Of a stretch of 64,000 nt of DNA, positions 57,125-64,000 are shown in pieces (position 1 is the first letter of the stretch; each line of letters begins with the position of its first letter). Both the position numbers and the translations under genes were made by a program. The notes below the pieces were generated by a model that was given only the letters and a program-made list of their open reading frames with translations, ran no database searches and was not told the DNA's origin. The DNA comes from the human T2T-CHM13v2.0 reference genome, Homo sapiens, in the NCBI RefSeq assembly GCF_009914755.1, contig NC_060925.1; one strand, given 5' to 3'.

Positions 57125-57300
57125 TCACATTTAATTCTTAGCAGTCCTTTTAATGGATATTTTTGTCTCCATTTTGCAGATGAGAAAACTGAGATTCAGG
57201 AGTTTAAGTAATTTGCCTAATGACACACCCTACTCAGGGAGGGCTGGAATGTGGACCCTGGTAGGTCTGATGCCAAACTCTTGCTCTGTCCACTGCACTG
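57125..57300 (-). mobile_element. MIR SINE
   Basis: CCATTTTGCAGATGAGAAAACTGAG...AAGTAATTTGCCTAA. Confidence 0.8.
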
Positions 57301-57550
57301 TCCTGTAAGAAAAAGGGAATAAATCACACTTTGGGGGTTTCTCTGAATCATATGGCTCCAGAAAACATGAAACAATGCCTAACACCAGTGTAGTGCTTTT
57401 AATCTTTAAGAGGTTAGCAATAATAATTAATCTTTGCAATTCATCTGGTATGAAAGTAATAAAGCAAACTGCCAACCTGAAATAAACAGCTGGACTTGTG
57501 TGTCAGGGGACATGATTCTCTGGACTATTCACTTAAGATTAAAATGTCTT

Positions 57551-57850
57551 GGCCGGGCGTGGTGGCTCACACCTGTAATCCCAGCACTTTGGGAGGCCAA
57601 GGTGGGCAGATCACTAGGTCAGGAGATCGAGACCATCCTGCCTAACATGGTGAAACCCCATCTCTACTAAAAATACAAAAATTAGCCGGGCATGGTGGCA
57701 GGCACCTGTAGTCCCAGCTACTCGGGAGGCTGAGGCAGGAGAATGGCAGGTGAACCCGGGAGGTGGAGCTTGCCGTGAGCTGAGATCAAGCCACTGCACT
57801 CCAGCCTGGGTGACAGAGTGAGGTGCTGTCTTTAAAAAAAAAATAAAATA
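57551..57850 (+). mobile_element. AluS/Y-type SINE
   Basis: Full dimer. AAAATGTCTT flanks. Confidence 0.93.
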
Positions 57851-58608
57851 CAATAAAATTTTTAAAAAAGATGAAAATGTCTTTGGAAATGAAATATTGA
57901 TATTACAGCTATTTCAATCACTAAACTTCAATTTTGAAACTGGAATATAATGTGAAAAGAAAGCAGAAGTGAGTAATTATAAAATCCATTAGCTTGTCCA
58001 TGGAGAGAGGGCACCATTTATCTATGGAAATAAATGAGGAAATTAAAGTTGGTGGGCTTTCTCTAGAAGTGAATCAGCAAATTAATGACTCGTCTGCAGG
58101 GCCTAGCAATTGTTGAGCTGCCAATGCATCAGCCTGTGATGAGTTGAGAGAATCTGTTCTGTATTTATTACTTGGCAAAACTTTCCTCCAACACCCCCGC
58201 CAACTTTATATCAAAAAGTAAAGCCTGATCTCTCAGAGACAGGGATGGATTTTTTCTAAACATTTGGGGAGAAGGGGGAGGACATGGAAGAAGAGAATGA
58301 AGAGAGCAAACCTGGTCAAAGCTGTGGCTTCCAGTCCAGCTGAACACAGTGGTCTCCTCCCTTTGACCAGGCTCCTGCTCAGCTCCTCTTTCTCCTCTGC
58401 ACTCAGGTCTCACCTGGTTGGTCCAAACTGAATAGGCTTGCTCATGCTGGGCTTTCAAATGCACCTAAAGAGGCCTCCATGGAGGGAGAGAGGTGGGTAG
58501 GCAGGAGGCCTTCACATTTACAGAAGAGACCAGCTGTGCTGGCCACTTCCAGTCCCAGGTGAGTCTCACCTGTTACTTGGAGTAGCTGTCTGTAAAGAGA
58601 AACTTAGA

Positions 58609-58934
<326 letters not shown>

Positions 58935-59894
58935 CTAATTGATCTGAATTTCCATAGCCTGCCCCAGACCCAAGGGTCCAAGGGTTCCTGAATATTTTCT
59001 CCCATCTTCTTCCTCAAAAGGGATTGCTATAACCAACCACTTATAAAAAAGACGTGCCTCTGTCTGTCACCTGGCAGAGTGCTAGGAATAAGGAGTGTGG
59101 AGCCAGACTGGGCACCAGAGAGGCCTGTGACCCCAGTGGGTATGACCTACCCTTCCAGCCCACCTGCCGCTGCCCCAGCTCACCAGGAAGATCGCAGGTC
59201 AAGGGCTGGGCTTCAGCTGCTCACCCTTGTGATGTGCACATTACACTTCCCGGGAAATGTGAGCTCACAGGGAAAAACAGAGGATTTTGAGAAACAGAAT
59301 GACAAGAAAGAAAGACCATAGACCAAAAAGCTTATACAGACAAAGCCAAAAGAATACTTAAAAATACGACCGGGGTCTGGGGGTTGGGAACCACGGCTTT
59401 CCCCGGCTTTGATGATGGGGTGTGATCTTGACCCCTGGTCCCTCACTTGTAACTAGCAACTGAGCCTAACACAGGTCCCTGCAGCACAGAGCATCCACGG
59501 GGCTGGGTTAGGACAGGTAGCTCAAGCTGCTTCCCGCCCAGGTGGAGGCCGTTGTTGCTCTTCCAGCCAGCAGGAGCTGCCGTCACATGACGTCTATCCT
59601 CCAGAGAACGATTTGTCTTCATTGGGGTTGGTTGCTGCTGCTGTTGCTGCTGCTACCTTCGCCAGCTACTTGGCTCCATGGCAGCTCGACCCTGTGCCTC
59701 CTCCATTTGACAGGTATCCTTTAAAACAAACATATTCTTCAACAAACATATATTCCAAATGTTTGCATTTCGTTAATTAGAGAGCAGCAGAAAATAGGAA
59801 TTTCACTCCTCCACCCCTTCTCTCCAGGAGTTAAATTTGAGTAAAAACGACATCATTGACAAACATTGTTAATAAATCTATATACTATCTCATA

Positions 59895-60265
59895 TGTACT
59901 TAATGTTTGTGTCTCCCCCAAATCCATATGTTGAAGCCCTAATCTGCAATGTGATAATATTGGGAGGTGGAGTCTTTGGGAGGTAATTAGGTCATGAGGG
60001 TGAAGCCCTCATGAACAGGAGTACTGCCCTTAAAAGAAGAGACATAAGAGAGATGCTCGCACACTCCTTCTCTTTCTCTTTCTCTCTCTCTCCCTCCCCC
60101 ACATCAGGGTAAAGCAGGAAAGTGGCTGTCTGCAAACCAGGAAGAGGTCCTTCACCAGAAACCAAATCTTGGACTTCCCAACCTCTAGGACCATGAGAAA
60201 TCAATTTATGTTGTTTGAGCTACCCAATCCATGTTATTTTTGTTACAGCAGCTCAAACTAACACA
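59895..60265 (+). mobile_element. MaLR MLT1A-type LTR
   Basis: AATGTTTGTGTCTCCCCAAATCCATATGTTGAAGCCCTAA...TTGTTACAGCAGCTCAAACTAAC. Confidence 0.85.
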
Positions 60266-60421
60266 CTATTTTCATAAACAATTTGGAAGTGTCTTACTAT
60301 ATTAAAAGACATATAGACTAGAAATATATATAATATCACATTTAACACATAGAATATATAAAATAAAGATTAAAAAAATCAAGCAATTCACAAACTGTAG
60401 CCATTCTGTGCCTCCATTTAA

Positions 60422-60746
<325 letters not shown>

Positions 60747-60879
60747 CATAATCTGTACTTCACAGAACATGGAGAAGTTGAGTCTGGCCCAAGGTTAGGC
60801 AGCTGGTTAGCAGCACAGCTGGCCTTTAGACCCACAGTGCTTGGCTCCAGAACCCAGGATCTCAGTTGCTGCCCCACAC

Positions 60880-61040
60880 AGCACAGCTTCTTAGCCATGG
60901 CCATGCATTAGAATCACTTGGGAAACTTTGGGAAAAAAACAGTGCTTTATTCCCACCATGGGAGATTCTGACTCGGTAGTTCTGGGATGATCCTTGGTAG
61001 TTCCAGGGATCCTGATGTGCAGGTTGAGAATCAGTGGGTG
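60880..61040. mobile_element. MER5-type DNA transposon fragment
   Basis: CATTAGAATCACTTGGGAAACTT...GAGATTCTGACTC...GGTTGAGAATCAGTG. Confidence 0.6.
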
Positions 61041-61356
61041 TTTAAATAAATGGGAGCTGTTATCATCAGAGTGAGGGAGATAGGGAGGGCTTTATAGAGT
61101 GGATCTTGAAGGATGTGGTAGAGTTTTCTAAACAAAATGTAGATAAGAGCCATTCAGGCAGGGAGAACAGCGGGTGCAAAGCCACAGGGAATAAAGGTCT
61201 GTGAAACAGGTTTCTGAAACCCGATTATGTGTGTGTAAGTGTGAGACAGGGTAACTGAAGTGGGGGGGGGATGAGGAAGGAGGGCAGAAGGCAGAGAGGA
61301 GAAGGCTGGAAAGGTGGATTGGGGCTACCATGTGACAGGCTTAGAAATCATGCCAA

Positions 61357-61853
<497 letters not shown>

Positions 61854-62337
61854 AGAAATCATGCCAAGGAATCTAGACTTTATCCCGCAGGCAGGGAGAG
61901 CCCCTGAAGAATTTTCAGGCAGAGGAGAGTATAATTTGAGCTCTAGATGGTTCTTATTTAAAAGCCCATCTTTTTGGCTCCAAGAATTTTGACATATTGA
62001 AGAAAAGAGAGATCATAATTTATAATTCATTTAGCCAGAAGCATCACAGCAATTTTGGTGAGAGAAGAGAGTAGATTGTTGAGTTGAATGCATGGTGGTT
62101 GTTATTTCACAGACTTACCTCATTTGGGGGGAAAGGAAGAAAAGAGAGTATTTTCACAGTGCAGGATATGGAGGCACGACTGGGGAGAATCCATTTCTGT
62201 GCCAGTCCCCACTCGGTGGAAGATGGCAGAGGGGCCTAACTAACTAGCGGGTTAGGTGGGCAGAAGGGCTGAGAGCTGTGGGGAGGAGCTGTGCACCTGC
62301 CGGGGTTACAAGTGTGGGGGGCGCTCTGTAGGGGTGA

Positions 62338-62768
<431 letters not shown>

Positions 62769-63345
62769 TTAATGGCCTTCTTTTAAAAATTCAGATTTCT
62801 GCAAAATTATATTGGGATATTTGTCAGTTCTAACGATTTCTTGATGGTTGGGAGGATGATCAAGATTGAAGCAGTAAAGCCTCTTTTTAATCACAGTGCA
62901 TGATGTGCTTAGATTCCATGGGTATAATATGAGCTGTGCCAGCCACATTCTTGATTTGCAGGCCTTGGGACACTATGTTGAGATTTCCGGCCCTCCTTAT
63001 TTTATGCTGAGAATCAGTTGGAGCTAGATATGGCAGAGACTAGAAATCGCCATCATTAGATGAAAAGAAACAATGGTTAAGTAAGTCAGCTCCCTCTGGG
63101 TAAAACACAAAGCTTGGAAATAACAAGCAGCTCTACACAAGCAACATGAGGCTCGGCTGTGTGTGCCTGTAGGAGGTGACCTCACATATGTTCTCTCATT
63201 TAATCTTCACAGCAATCTTCTGGCAAAGGTCCCATCATTATTCCCCTTTTGCAGATGGGGATACTGAGGCTCAGAGTTGAAGCAACTTTCTCCAAGAAGG
63301 TTACTAGCTGGTAAATACCTAAGTCAAGATAAGAATTCTGGTCTA

Positions 63346-63581
<236 letters not shown>

Positions 63582-64000
63582 CTAGCTGACTCCAATCCCA
63601 GGCTAAGCAGGGCTCTTTTTCCTCATGGAAACTTGCAGGGACTGTTTTCTCCTTTGTCCCTTCTCAGTTTGTAGGAGCTTCTGTCATATCTTCAACATCA
63701 AAGTCCTCTGGAGATAAAGGTCTGCTTCTAACTGAAGTGTGGACGTCTTGTCTTCTGAACTCCAGATGGCCAGAGGCTCCAGTGTGCCCTGCAGCTCTGC
63801 CAGCTTCACTGGTGTCAGGTCATTCCTCCCAGCGACCTCAGATGCAAATACACTCTCTATGCCAGTCAGCCACACTGGACCAGAGGGAAAACTGCATTTT
63901 TAGGATGCTGCTTTATTAAGAAATTTTAAAACCATAAAGTATAGCAGGCATACGAAAGAGTGTATAAACACATCCTTATCCAAGTTAAAGGAGAATAAAG

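Overview
Human-like (AluYb8-containing) repeat-dense DNA with no recognisable host protein-coding exon. At the left end, a CpG-island promoter (~4430-5200) has a probable non-coding first exon on the minus strand (donor CCG|GTAAGA at 5000/4999), so an unidentified gene appears to run leftwards out of the window. Bases ~5.5-47 kb are mostly fossil L1, Alu, MaLR/ERV LTR, MIR and L2. The dominant element is a two-LTR HERV9/ERV9 (LTR12C-type) provirus at 47680-56424. It has a 4-bp TSD, a tRNA-Arg PBS, a gag frame open for 439 codons, a pro-pol broken only by stop codons and lacking integrase, and an internally deleted env. It sits inside an Alu, which sits inside a MER5A-type DNA transposon that also carries a MER9-type solo LTR. 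Most ORFs in the supplied track are Alu, L1 or LTR artefacts. I see no evidence of a genuinely new biological system. The best leads are regulatory or splicing features of the provirus and a motif-rich unique segment near 59.4-59.7 kb. Repeat family names come from recalled consensus sequences, not a database search, and boundaries of old repeats are approximate.
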